Shown in pieces: positions 15,101 to 33,387 of a stretch of 64,000 nt of DNA; the first letter of the stretch is position 1, and each line of letters opens with the position of its first letter. Origin of the DNA: the human T2T-CHM13v2.0 reference genome, Homo sapiens. The position numbers and the translations under genes are program-made. Location: NCBI RefSeq assembly GCF_009914755.1, contig NC_060947.1, one strand, 5' to 3'. The notes under the pieces are model-generated. The model saw nothing but the letters and a program-made list of their open reading frames with translations, was not told where the DNA came from and ran no database searches.

Positions 15101-18100
15101 ATCACGTGCCCCAAGTCTCTGATGGTCACATGACGTCTTTTTACTTTAAAGCTGGAATGTAATGGTTGAGGCCCATATTCCAAAAACCACCTCTACGTTT
15201 GAAAAAAAAAAGGTGGGGAGGAGTGTGAACTAGCTTCTAATCAAGGAAGTCTACTAGGATTTTGGATGAGGGGACCAGAAAGGGAATTTGGTGCTCAGCT
15301 TTTATCCAAAACAAAAACAGGAGCTGTTTTTAAAATAAGGGATTGAAATATATGTGAGCTGGGACATGTATCTCCTCTCTTCTTCAATCTCATGGTTTTT
15401 CTAAATTTAAAAAACATCTTACTAATTATTTTCTAGGGAAGTCATCCTATTACTCATGCCTCATTTTGTCCCTGAATACTAGATTTGAAGCTAAATCCCA
15501 CAAGATAGTGTTAAAAAGTAAGGCTCTGTTCATCTTCCTTGGTCTGGCCTATATTCTAATTGAACTGTTCCCTATTTTAGGCAACTACTTAAAGGTAGTA
15601 AATAACCTCTTGACTAAAATTAACCACCAGTTATTTGTGGTTTTCAATTAACTGGATTAGAAATCATGCACAAAAACAGTGGATAGTAAATTTGATACAT
15701 CGAGTTGGTTGGGTTTTTGCCTGTCAGTGGTTTGGTAGAATAATGAGAGGACACTGAAACAACTTTCCCATATTGACCTATACCCGCCCAAGTGGCCCAA
15801 GTTAAGGTTGCTTCTGGGAAAACGTGGCAATTTGGCTATTCAGATTATATATTACAGAGTATAGAAGAGAGGCAGAGGAGCCTCTGAGGTCAGGAGTTTA
15901 AAAGCTTTGCTTATCTGAAAAAAAAAGAAAAAACGGACCTGGTTGATGCATATTCAGTCTTGAAAACAACTAGGGCAGAAGATATTTAAGAGATTCTGAC
16001 TTTGTATTCTTTTGCCAAAAACCCTTTGTCTCCTGCAGCAGCCTCTGAATGACCGGAGCACTCCAGTTTCTTGCTGTTCATCCGTTTCTGAGCCTGAAAA
16101 CTAGAACAACCTTAAAGCACATTGTTCTGACCCCAAGGCTAGCCTTGTGGCACAGATGAGCTGGAAATGGATTTAAGGTGCACCTGAGTTACTAGAGTTA
16201 ACTACACTGGTAGATAGACCCCTCTAGTGGAAGTGAGGTGATAATATAATTTTAGATCGAAATAATAAATGTTTAACCTCAAAAAAAGGAAGTTATTACC
16301 ACTCAACTAGGTTACAGTGGTAGGGGGATAAGTTCTTTTTTAAGTATTGTGAAATCATGTCTAAACAGAATCATCGCTAGGCTCTAGTCCACAGCTTTTC
16401 ATTGTCTTGGGATGCCTACTCATTGAACACCACCCCCAATATTGCTGACTTTTTTTGGTGGTATGATCTAATGAGCCCAAATTTTTATTGAAATTAGGGG
16501 GCTGGGAGTCAAATTCTTGATTTTTACTGTTAGATCTAGCAGATAGCAACCCCTTTACCTGAGGTGGGGAGCTATTAATAAATAAATAACACTTTGCCTT
16601 GACTTAATACAGACGATCAACATTGAAGTCCAAAGTCTCTAGTCTGATGTAACCATTTAGATTCAATTGATAAAAATGACTAGGCTTATGGCATTTTGGG
16701 TAGAAGGATTAATTATAACTAGTGAGTAATAATTTGGGTGAGATTAAGCCTCTTCCACAAGTGGTTACACGCACATTAGACTTTGACTGTGACTGTTTAT
16801 ACTGGCAGAATGTCAGTATCTAGGGCACTATCAGAAACCCAATGAGATTTTTCTCCCAGGAGAACAGAATTCTGTTACTGAAAATAAAAGGGCAGCTTGG
16901 CCATGGTGCTTGAGCACCAAAGTGGTTCTTTTTGGTGACACTGAGAGGGTACAAGAAGAAAGTCCATTTGCCATTATCCCATATTCTGTTTTAGGCATTA
17001 TTTCTACTTGGATTTTCATGAAATGTACTGACAGTGTTCTTAGCACATATGATAAATTCATGAGTTTGCTGTTGTGTTTGATCTAGCATAATCTATGTGG
17101 AATGTATAAGCTGAACTGTTTCTTTTTTGATGTTTGGTACAGATTATGAAAGTAGCTGGTATAAAATAAAATTTGAAAATGAATATCTCTCAATACATGA
17201 CAACAATGGGGTATCTGTTTTTAGAATCATGTTGTCTTTGGTCATATGGCAATTTTTCTTTTGGTGAAGAGTGATCCAGAAGGCAAAATTTTTGATCTGT
17301 GAAAATAATACAACTCATTTAGAAGAAGTCAGCTGGGTCATGTTTTGAGTCTGTATTATTTTAGACAGTGATATACCATATAATGTATATTCAGTGTGTT
17401 GGAGGTTTCAAAGCTTTTTGGATACATTACAATGTTGGAAGATTTTTATATACCAGTGGTCATGACTAGCTGATTTTAGTTATGAGAGCGCTTTGGTTAA
17501 AGTTATGGAAACAGTCTAATCGTGAAATGTCAGTCTTAGAAGATCTGATCATACTTGGGCCAATTTATTTTAGTTACGGAGGTGAGACAATTTCAGAAGA
17601 TTCACGATAAATTTAATAATACCAAATTTTGCCTTAGTCTTGACACTTGGAAGATAAATATTAGTGAGTATAAACTGTTTTAGGGATGAAGAAGTATTGT
17701 TAGTATACAAAAATGAAAATACTAATTATTTTAGCATGGGTCTTTTAGTCCTTTGCAGTCTGGACAGATAGATTATCTTAAGTAAATCATTGAACTTGCC
17801 CTCAGAGGAATTAGATTCTAGATAGTGCTCTGCCATTGACTCATAATTTGACCTTCGGAAAGTCATTTAAAATTATTATATTAATAACTAATTGAGTACA
17901 TACATGTGCCAGACACCATTCATGCTTTTGTTTATAAAAAGAGAGGATTGCTCAAGCTTTTTGGTTTGCTGGGTTTTATTTTTTCAAATATTCATAATCT
18001 GGCTTATTTCACTTATCAGTTGACTTTTCAAACTTTGATGCAATTGCATTGATCCAAGCTAAATACTTTGTTGGCAAATTGATGACTATTCAGGAAAGTG

Positions 18101-18731
18101 ATCACCAGTGGGTTATTCCATGACTAATGTTAGTTCTTTAAAATAAAGAGGTGCCATTTATTTAATTCCTTGACAGGGATTTTTGGTGCATTAAGCCTAC
18201 TGATTTTATAATATGAGAAACCTTACATTTTCTTAAAAGTTTAGAAACGTATTTGATAATAAGGAGGTAGTGTTGTTTATTGGAAAAGCATTGAGCATAG
18301 AATTTAGGGTCTTTTAGTCCTTTGCAGTCTGGACAGATAGATGATCTTAAGTAACTCATTGAAATTTTCTGTGGTCATATCTGGGTTTCACTTTATTTTT
18401 AAGCCATGTGATTCCAATCTACATATTTCACAGGCATGGTAAAAGGATAAGTGAGAAACGTGAAGCCTTGGCTTTTAAGCAGACAGGTGCTATATAAATT
18501 CAAAGTACTGCAGCAGTGTATCATAGAAACACTAAAGCTTTAACAAGAGTTTACAGAAATGGCAGGGTTCTCATCACGTAAGTCTTGCCACATTTTTCTT
18601 TGTCTGTAAAAGTTCTGCACCCATCCAATTTTTACAAGCAAAGGAAAAATAAAGCCAGACATATTATAATGAAAAATAAGAGACTAGGTTGATAACAATA
18701 GAATAAAAACCTACATGTGATACTTTCTTCT

Positions 18732-19352
<621 letters not shown>

Positions 19353-19674
19353 CTATTTCTTACCTCAAATATTGTGCAAGGTAGCCCGTTAAAGCCATTA
19401 ATTGGGTGGTGTTTTTCCCCTTTTTAACTAACTACTGAGTAGAATTTTGGTCTTCAGTGGTAATTGTTACAGAGTCCATTGGCTTACCATACCTCATTTT
19501 TAGTTTTGTGATTGCCCATAATGGGAGGTTTCGTGTAAAAAACCTCATAAAAAATCAAGTTTTTCCTCCTCATAATTGCAGTCTAAAGGAGGACAACACG
19601 CAGGTCTGGGAAACTGCATAGTGGAAGAGATAATCTATACATTTAAGTAGCATGCCATGAATAACACAAAAAAT

Positions 19675-19990
<316 letters not shown>

Positions 19991-20048
19991 ACAGAAAATG
20001 TGGGAAGTTAAGTTGAAAAATAAACACCTTCAAAGCTATTAACTTGGA

Positions 20049-20115
20049 TTTTCTTTTCTTTTCTTCTTCTTTTTTTTTTTTTTTTTTTTGAGTCAGGTTC
20101 TCACTCTGTCGCCCA
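20049..20115 (-). mobile_element. Alu 3'-terminal stub (~26 nt plus tail)
   Basis: Poly-T followed by gagtcaggttctcactctgtcgccca, then unique sequence. Confidence 0.75.
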
Positions 20116-21092
20116 TTCATACTCTGTCCAGTTCATTGAAAATACAAGTCTGATTCCCTTGAGTTGTGATATTCATACACACACGAGTATATATACACTT
20201 ATGTGTGCATATGTATATTATATAAAGTTTTACGTGATATATAATATAAGTTTTTACTTTCTGTAAAATAAAATTTGTTAGGGCCGTATAATAGTTTTGA
20301 ATATTCATATTATTGTGTTCCACATTATAAGCTCTAATTACATCGTGTTGCACTCAGATTGACATTCTGCTGTTGACACTGAAAATAACGCTTTCATTCA
20401 TAGATGAATGTAATTTTCAAGCTTTTTTTCTATATTTCTTAACTTGCTTGAATGTTCCCATTTTTGCCATTTCTTGTTGTTCATTTTAACATTTTGGGGC
20501 TTGTGTTTCAGATCAGGAAGAATCACCATTATAGGGTGCAAAGAGTTTGCTCAGAGGTGAAAATGATACGAAATTGTCCCTAGAGCACATCCTATTGCTA
20601 TACTATTCAACATGTATGAATTAATCTACTGGGAAAGTGTCTTGTGTAGTGTGTACTTTAAAGATGTTTTCAATCACTTTGCTTTGGATTAGAAAAATTC
20701 AAGGTAACTATAATTTTAAATGCTCATATTTTTATGTTTATTTTATATGTAGGAAGAGAAATTTTTAAAAATTGGAATAACACTATATCCCATTCTTTTC
20801 ATTTATTACATTATAAACATGTTTCCAAGTGATCAAATATTTTTAAAAATGTTTAAAATCACTGCAGTATATTTTATATAATGGCTGTTTCATAATTTAT
20901 TTCACTAATTCCAAGTTGTTGAACATTTGTTTCCATATCTTATAGATAATGCTTCAGTAAGCATTCTTGATCGAACATCATTTTGCACTCTATCATTTTT
21001 TAGAAGTCACCAAGAATGTTTTAAAGATGAATTCCTTTGATAGTCCCTGAAATTTAAACATTGGCTTAAACAAAAAGATAGCCTTGATTTCA

Positions 21093-21637
<545 letters not shown>

Positions 21638-22284
21638 TTAAGAAGCCTTTATGTTTAATATTATTATAAAACTCAGTTCAAGTATACAAAGCTTATTTGT
21701 GCCTATGAACATTCAGTATCCTAAAGAAACATTTAATCCTGGTGTTGGCTAAATGACTATTTGCTGATATGCCCTTTTATCTCAAGGCTATTAGTTTCTT
21801 AAAGTACTTTGATATCACTCAATAAACTACAGTTAAACTCAGAGTTTTACATTTCATTCAGGTTGCTTAAATAATATAACTAAACATAGGTCCAATAATA
21901 GTAAAAATTCTGATGCTGTCACTTAATTTGTGCCTGGTTTCAGTATATGGCGATTGCTTAAATTACAAGCACTTGAATTTACAAATATTTTGTGTATTTA
22001 AATGGCTCATTGTACATTACATATCCCTCCTGAAACTTAACCCATGCCATTTCACAGACCCTTCCATGGTGTTTTTCTCTTTCCTCCAGTTCACTAGCCT
22101 CACTCACCAAAGACTTTATTGGTCTGGGAATTCTATTATGACCCAGAAGTGACTTGGAAGGTTCCTTTCACCCAACAACACATTCTCACTACCTTTCTTT
22201 TCTTTTCAGGGGCATCATTTACATGCTATGTTGCACAGTCAGAATGGATTTTAGCATAAAGTATGGGTTCCAATAGCTCTCGCA

Positions 22285-22589
<305 letters not shown>

Positions 22590-22840
22590 AGCTCTCCCAT
22601 TTTATATCTCTGTGGCATTGAGGAGGTTTCTTAACTCTCTGAACTTCAGTTACCCCATGAATAAAATGAAGATAATCCACTCACTTTTCACTTTGTTCTC
22701 ATAATTATTATATGAGAACACTTATAAAGCAACTAGCATATGGTAGGTGCTCAATAAGTATTTTCATTTACAGGTTGATTAATGTTGCCTTAGATGATTT
22801 TTGTCAGGCATCTATATCTACCTCTTTTTCTCTAATTTGA

Positions 22841-23085
<245 letters not shown>

Positions 23086-23248
23086 AAGATTTTAGAAATT
23101 AGTGGGGTTTTTTGTGTTTTATTTAATGGTATTGGAAAAACACTCCTTTTATTGTTTTTCATTGTGAATGTGAAGGATTCTAGCCATGTTTCAGGTTGAA
23201 GAAGCTTCTTCGCTTAGCTCAGAAACCTGTTTATCGTTTAATTTATTC

Positions 23249-23546
23249 TTTTTTTTTTTTTTTTTTTGAAACGGAGTCTCACTGTGTCGTCCAGGCTGGA
23301 GTGCAGTGGCGCGATCTCAGCTCACTGCAACCTCCGCCTCCGGGTTCATGCGATTCTCCTGCCTCAGCCTCCCGAGTAGCAGGGACTACAGGTGCCCACC
23401 ACCATGCCCTGCTAATTTTTTGTATTTTTAGTAGAGACGGGGTTTCACTGTGTTAGCCAGGATGGTCTTGATCTCCTAACCTCATGACCACCCACCTCGG
23501 CCTCCCAAAGTGTTGGGATTACAGGCGTGAGCCACTGAACCCTGCC
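23249..23546 (-). mobile_element. AluSc/Y-like
   Basis: TSD tttaatttattctttt. Confidence 0.92.
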
Positions 23547-23589
23547 ATTTAATTTATTCTTTTGTGAGGATATGTGGAGAACTAGCCAA

Positions 23590-23979
<390 letters not shown>

Positions 23980-24559
23980 TTACAGACACCGTTATAAACT
24001 CAAGGCCGCTAACAAATACAGCTTAAATCAGAATGAAAGGTAATAGGTAGTGTTGATACCTGACTTGTGGAGGAGGAAAAAAAAGTAGGGGCAAAGAGAA
24101 AATATATTATTGAAAACTTAAAATGCTGAGGATGGCAGAGGGTTATAAAGTAAACCAATATGTTTTCATGATGACATGTAGCCTTTAAAAATGGCTGAAT
24201 CTAAAACATATTTATGATGCCCATTATTTTATCTAGTGGAAATTTTCAAAAGCAAAAACCAGGAAATGATGAAGGCTATTGACACATTCAGAAAATATTC
24301 TGAGCAGTTTGTGGGTCTCCATTGTAAAGCTACAGTTGAATCATTTTTACAAGTGGGTATGAATAATTACAATTTTATATTTTGTCCTGTGGTAATTAAA
24401 AAGCAAATAGAGCCAAATTATCATTAAGTGTAACTAACAGAAAAGTAATATTGATAGATTTACATGTTTAAAAATATAAGCCAACCCATGCATTCAGTAT
24501 TTTATCCTCAAACAAGGTGTTCCAGCTTTAGTTGACACTCAGATAAAAAGCAAACTAGT

Positions 24560-24711
24560 GGCTGGGCATGGTGGCTCACATCTGTAATCTAAGCACTTTG
24601 GGAGGCTGAGGCAGGAGGATTGCTTGAGCCCAGGAATTCAGAACCAACCTGGGTAAGATATCAAGACCCTGTCTCTATTTTTTAAAAAATAAAAATAGAA
24701 AATAAATTTTA
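24560..24711 (+). mobile_element. FLAM
   Basis: TSD aaaaagcaaactag. Confidence 0.88.
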
Positions 24712-25133
24712 AAAAAGCAAACTAGAATATATCTAGTAGGTGCTAGCAGAAGGGGAAAAATTCTCTAAGCAGAGATTTGTGTAAAAATGAAGGGAAGGTT
24801 AATAAGTATCTAGAAACTGTAAGTGTTGTATAAAAGAAGGCTTATAGACCATTGGTAAATAGATGTAAAACTCAAGGAAACTTTTAAACGTGCCCAAAGT
24901 TCTTAAGTATATATTAAGATGGTACAAACTACAGATGAAGTAATAGTTAACCAAATATACTAACATGCACAATTGCTTAATTAGTCTATTTGTGGAATGG
25001 TTTCATTATTCATTCAACTACCATAAGTTTAATGCAGACTGTTAGGTGCTAGGGCTACAAAGACGGATAAGATACTCCTCCAGTCTAGTAGAACAGAAAG
25101 ACACAAAAATAATCTTGGTTCTCATGAAACCTA

Positions 25134-25499
<366 letters not shown>

Positions 25500-26027
25500 T
25501 TAAATACAGCCTTTTTTCTCAGCATAAAATAATTTCTAAATATAAACCTTGTGTGAACAAAGAAATTCACTTATAACCCAATATAATCAAATCTAAACTA
25601 AGAACAAATCTCATTTAAACATTGTTATTTCTTTGCAATAATTATTGCATACCAAAAAAGAGCCCACTATGAGTTAATGTTACTTAAATAGAACATTGCT
25701 CAGCCTACAAATGAAGGTCAGCAGACACCAGTGTCTTGGAATAAAATAGCCCTTTGGCAAGAAAACGAGCCACACCCCATTTAGTTTTTACAAAAATAAA
25801 ATTCTTTCCAGCTTTACTAAATTGTAGATGTTGCGCCCAGCATGTACTTCTGCAGTAGTTGATTCTGCAGCTGTGGAAATATTCATGTATGCAGAAGTCC
25901 CCAAAAACATCTATTCACCATTACTTGCACATGCAGCTCTTATACTTTCTGTAGTAAAGTATTCCGTTAAGTTTTATTTTGACTCGTGGATAATAGCAAG
26001 CAACTACAGGTATAGCTGACACCTTAA

Positions 26028-26356
<329 letters not shown>

Positions 26357-26909
26357 CATTGTCACAGAATTCAAATTGAGCAGGAATACGTAGGATTTCA
26401 AATCTAACAGTTGTTTCATTTGGTGGGATAGCATCAAAGCCATGTACTGTGACCACTGTATATGGTTTTCTTCAAGAGCAGCAATAAATTTCTGCCATGT
26501 ACCATGGGAAAGAGCTGTACTTTTAGGGAGAAAGGAAATAAGCCCTGAGAAAAAGCCCCATTTTCCTAGTTCCTTTCACAGTTCACCTGGCACACAACGG
26601 GTCTTGATATTTATATTTGAAAGAGTGAAACATGGATGGCCATAAATGCTCCTTGCTGATAACGATTGAATTGGGAAAATCTAATCAGGAAATCAGTGAT
26701 TTATGAATTACATTGCATAAAATACATAATGATGGGAGCCTGTAAGAAGACTAAACAAATGGCTTCCTTAGTTTATTTTTCCTTTAGGTTTTAGTTGTTT
26801 TCAGTGAATATTATGAGTGAATGTTATCGATAGTGTTTTCATTGTGAGAACTGCTAAACTGTAGAGTCAAAGAAGAAATTGGGACATATTAATATTTTGA
26901 CTTTTATGC

Positions 26910-27650
<741 letters not shown>

Positions 27651-27749
27651 CATGCAAACATTAAGTGTCTATCCATGAGTCCCCTAATGAGTTAGAGGTG
27701 GTGCTGACAAGATAACATTTCACTTATTACCACTCTGCTCTTAATATAA

Positions 27750-28095
<346 letters not shown>

Positions 28096-28639
28096 TCTAT
28101 CTAAGTTTAGCTATTTTTTTTCTTGTTTCCTGATGCTTATTGGCTTATCATCGACTTGTTCTCAATAACGTTTTCCTTAGTAGTATTTATACTGGAATAA
28201 TAGAAAGCCTGTAAATGCTGTATAATCATCTTTTCTAAAACTTATTGTATAATAAACATTTAGCACAGTTTTGTTTAATCACATTTTTTGAACACTAAGG
28301 AGCAAAGGCAAGCAGTATTAAGGAGTACAAAAGTACATGATAAATGCTTTGAAATGCAATGGGTTCAATCAACCAAAAGCATTATTGAGCACAGCTAATA
28401 TATTTACTTTTAAATGTACTATTCAAGTGTGAAATATATCCATATAGAACAAAATTCAAAACTCACAAAGGGCCATAATGATAAGTAAATTAGCCTCTAA
28501 CACTTAATATTTTTAAGAAGACATTAGTGTTTTACGTTTAGGTATTTTGACAGTAAGTTTGAGGGAGTCTTTATCTTTTGACCTTTTGGGGTGAATATGA
28601 GAATGAAGGAATATAAAAAGATGATTAAAAGAATCACCA

Positions 28640-28915
28640 GGCCGGAAATGACGGCTCATGCCTGTAATCCCAGCACTTTAGGAGGCCGAGACAGGAGAAT
28701 CACTTGAGCTCAGGAGTTTGACACCAGCCTGGGCAACATAGCGAGACCTCATCTCTACTAAAAATAAAACAAAATTAGCCAGGCATGGTGGCGTGCGCCT
28801 ATAGTCCCAGCTACTCAGGAGGCTGAGGTGGGAGGGTTGCTTGATCCCGTGATCACGCCTCTGTATTTCAGCTTGGGTGAGAGAGATCCTGTCTCAAAAA
28901 AATAAAATAAAATAA
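28640..28915 (+). mobile_element. AluJ with internal deletion
   Basis: Alu consensus. Confidence 0.88.
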
Positions 28916-29835
28916 TTTCCTGCAATTTCAGATTATTCTTTTAAGCACCCTTGACCCCAGATTCACCAGATCAAAACAGCTAATGACTCATAGAACTTTA
29001 CTCTGTCATTATTTTCCAGATTCAACCCACAGCGAAATTTTTGGGATCCAGTCTCCTTACTCTTATGGGCAGGCGGAACCTTGCAGATCCTTTAGGAAAG
29101 GATAGGCTTCCCTGAGAAAGGTGGGCTGGAGTTAAGTCAAAAAAAAGGTGCAACTTTCTGGAGTCCCATTTAGAACTTCCTGCGTATTTAATAGGCCTTT
29201 GCTAATTATTAACAATGTGCCTGGCACACTAACATAAATAAAACAGTGTGCCATCGTTTGAAGAGCTGAGTCTAATCCACCTACTGATTTTTACAAAGGA
29301 GGCAACTGAAGTCTGATTTTGGCTTGCCTCAGCATAGAGTGCTCCAGGACAATGGTGGAGGATCAGGTCGCCATCACTGGAGACCCAGATTGTAGTAATG
29401 GAACTGATCCATCATTCTTCTCACTATATATTTAAACTCCATGTCCAGGGTCAACTTTGTTTAGTAGCAGTGCCTCTTCCCTGAATCAGTTTGTATCTAC
29501 ACTTAATTTCTTTCAGAGATTAATAAAATGACAAATGCTATCTCAATAAAGTTACCATGAACTCTCTGAAACTCATATCACCCATGACTAAAGCAACTTG
29601 CTTTGAGTCTGACAAGCTCTTCCCTAGCTAATGGAAATGCATTAGCAATAGCTTTACAGTGGTAAGCTATTTTTCTAGGTCATATTCAACCCAGAGTAGT
29701 CACATGCTGACAAAACTTCAATCCTAAACACTGATCATAAAGAGTTTCCTATATTGTATGTAATATATCCAAAAGTTTTTGAAAACTCTAATTCCAGTAT
29801 ATTGAATATACATTATAGGGTTTATCACTCCTGAT

Positions 29836-30129
<294 letters not shown>

Positions 30130-30214
30130 CACTCCTGATTTCTTCTAAACTGGATTTTATCATTCTCAGAGTCAGTGTTTCCTCTCTGTATTACTCCTTG
30201 CCTAGAAAAAAAAA

Positions 30215-30570
30215 TGTCCATTTCATTCATCTATTCATTGACTTATTCAAGTACTTACCGAGCACCTTATATATGTCAGATACTATTCTAGGCACTGGGG
30301 ATTACAGCCGTCAATGAAACAGACAAAAATCACCGTCTTTATGAAGCTTACATCCTACTAGGGGAGAGATAGAAAATAAACAATGATTTTATATATTAGA
30401 TGCTAATGTGTTATGGAGAAAAAGTAAGATTAATGGTATAGGAAGTGGGAAGAAGGGTATTGCCATTTCAAAATATGTGGTCACAGAAGGCATTACTGAG
30501 AGGGAGATATTTCAGGCAAGATATGAAGGAAATCAAGGAGTATCCATGTGAATGTTTGGGGAGAAGTGTC
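30215..30570 (-). mobile_element. L2 3' fragment
   Basis: ttcattcat...gagcacc...ctaggcactggggat...gcttacat. Confidence 0.78.
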
Positions 30571-30796
30571 ACTTGAACAAGTAAAAAATATTTCTAATAA
30601 CAGATACCTAAATCATCATACATTGATGTGTTTCAGCCCTGAAATTTTCCTTTATGACAACTCCTTTTTATTTTGGTATTGAACAGAAAAAAATAACTTT
30701 CACCCAGATCAAACACTCTAGTGGAGTCATGAACTGACTATATATGCTAAGAATATTGTGTCAGAAGTTATGTCAAAAAAGTTTTGAAAAGATAAA

Positions 30797-31123
<327 letters not shown>

Positions 31124-31184
31124 TCATTTTCCCTATTAATTTAATTATACTATATTCTGTGTTTAATTCTGAATTAGATTTTTT

Positions 31185-33075
31185 AATTAAACTTTTTATT
31201 TTGAGATAATTGTAGATTCACACCTACTTGTAAGAAATGGCACAAAGAGATCCTGTGTACCTTTACCCAGTTTCTTCCAATGGTAAACTCTTAAAAAACC
31301 ATAGTACAATAGCAAAACCACAATGTTGACACTGATACAGACAAGAGGCAAATGAGTTTCATTACCAGTAGAATCCCTTTTATTGTCCTTTGATAACAAC
31401 ACACACCTCCTTCCTCCCCTGACCTCCATTTTTGACCCCAGGAAACCACTAATCTGTTCTCCATGTCTATAATTTTGTCATTTAAAAATATTATATAAAT
31501 GGAATGATATATAGTATGTAGCCTTTGGGAATTAGCTTTTTTTCTCTGAGCGTAATTCTCTTAGAGATTCAACCTAAGTTGTTGTGTATGTCAATACCTC
31601 GTTCCTTTTCATTGTTGAATAGTATTCCATGGTGTGTATGTAACAAAGTTTATTTAACCATTCACCCATTGAAGGATATCTGGGCCATTTCCAGTTTTTT
31701 AGTTATCACAAGTATTTGTATACAGGTGTTAGTGTGAACTTCAGTTTTCGTTTCTCTGGGATTAATGCCGGAAGAGTGCAAATGCTGAGTTGTATGAGAG
31801 TTGCATGTTTAATTTTATAAGAAATTGCCAAAGTGTTTGCCCAGAGTGACTGTACCATTGTGTGCTTCCACCAGCAATGTATGAGTGATCCAGTTTTTCC
31901 ACATCCTTGCCAGCCTTTGGTGGTGTCACTGTTTTTCATTTTAGCCATTCTGATAGGTGTGTAGTGATAGCTCATTGTAGTTGCATTTTCAGTTTCATAA
32001 TAACTAATGATGTTTAACATTTTTTATGCACTTATTTCCCATCTGTTTGCCCTCTTCAGTGAAATGTCTGTTCATGTCTTTTACCTATTTTCTTTCATTT
32101 TTGAGACAGGGTCTTGCTCTGTTGCCCGGGCTGGAGTGCAGTGGCGCAATCACGGCTCGCTGCAGCGTCAACATCCTGGGCTCAAGTGATTCTCCTGCCT
32201 AAGCCTCCCAAGTAGCTGGGACTACAGGTGCACACCACCATTTTATTTTTTGTAGAGTTGGGGTCTTGTTATATTGCCCAGGCTGATGTGAAACGTCTGG
32301 CCTCAAGCAGTACTCCGCCCTTGGCCTCCTACTGTGCTGGGATTACAGACATGAGCCACCATGCCTGGCCCTTTTGTCTGTTTTCTAATTGGATTATTTG
32401 TGTTTTTACTGTTGTGGAATTTTAAGAGGTCTTTATGTATTCTAGAGTCTAATTCTTTATCAGATATGTGGCATACAAATATTTTCTCCTCGCCTGTAGC
32501 TTATCTTTTCATCTTCTGAACAGAATCTTTCATAGAACAAAAGGATTTATTTGGTGAGGCCCACTTTATCAGTATTTCCTTTTATGGATTGATTTTTGGT
32601 GTCATGTCCGAGAACTCTTCATCAAATCAGGTTCCTGAAGAATTTCTCTTTCCCCCCTAAAGTTTTATAGTTTTATGTTTTACATTTAGGTCTGTGATCT
32701 GTTTTGAGCTAACTTTTGTGTAAGGTGTGAAGTTTGGGTTGAAGTTTCTTATTTTTTGTTTTGGACTGTGTTTGTCCTCGTCTACTGACATGGTTTTTTG
32801 CACCCTTGTGAAAAATCATTGAATATATTTGTGTAAATCTGTTTCTGGGTTCTCTTCTGTTCCGTTGTTTTGAGTATCTGTTGCTCTGTCAGTATCACAC
32901 TGTCTTGATTACTGTAGCTACATAGTCTGACTTAATGCCAGGTGGAGTCTATTCACCTTATTTTTCAACAGTTTTAGATGTTCTAAGGCTTGTTCCTTTC
33001 CATGTTAATTTTTAAAAGAAGCTTGTCTATAACTACAAAAACTGTTCTAGGATTTTGAGAGGAATTGATTTAATG
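31185..33075 (-). mobile_element. L1MC-type 3' region (~1.6 kb) with AluJ insertion (32095-32370, -)
   Basis: ttttattttgagataattgtagattcac...ccaccagcaatgtatgagtgatccagt...cactgtcttgattactgtagct. Confidence 0.85.
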
Positions 33076-33244
33076 AATTAGACTTTTGAAATTGCATATG
33101 TAATGTTAATAAAGTTAAAAATGGTAATTCTGTTAAGGAAAACAATTTAGTTCCTTCCAAAGTCTAACGCTAGTTCTTATTTTCTGAAGAAATGTGTATT
33201 TTTATGATTTTGAAATTATTGAATGAATATTAATTAGCAGTTTC

Positions 33245-33387
33245 TTTTTTATTTTTTAAATTTTTTGTGTGGAGATGGGGTCCCACTATGTTGCCCAGGC
33301 TGGTCTCAAACTCCTGGTCTCAAGCAATCCTCCCGCCTCAGCCTCCCAAAGTCCTGGTATTACAGGCGTGAACCACCATGCCCGGCC
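33245..33387 (-). mobile_element. FLAM
   Basis: TSD agcagtttc. Confidence 0.88.

Noticed and set aside
22210-22260. Possible 51-nt pseudo-exon (ttttcag|G ... AAA|gtatgg)
   Set aside because: The donor is modest and lies in a MIR; such pairs are common in long introns and there is no other support.
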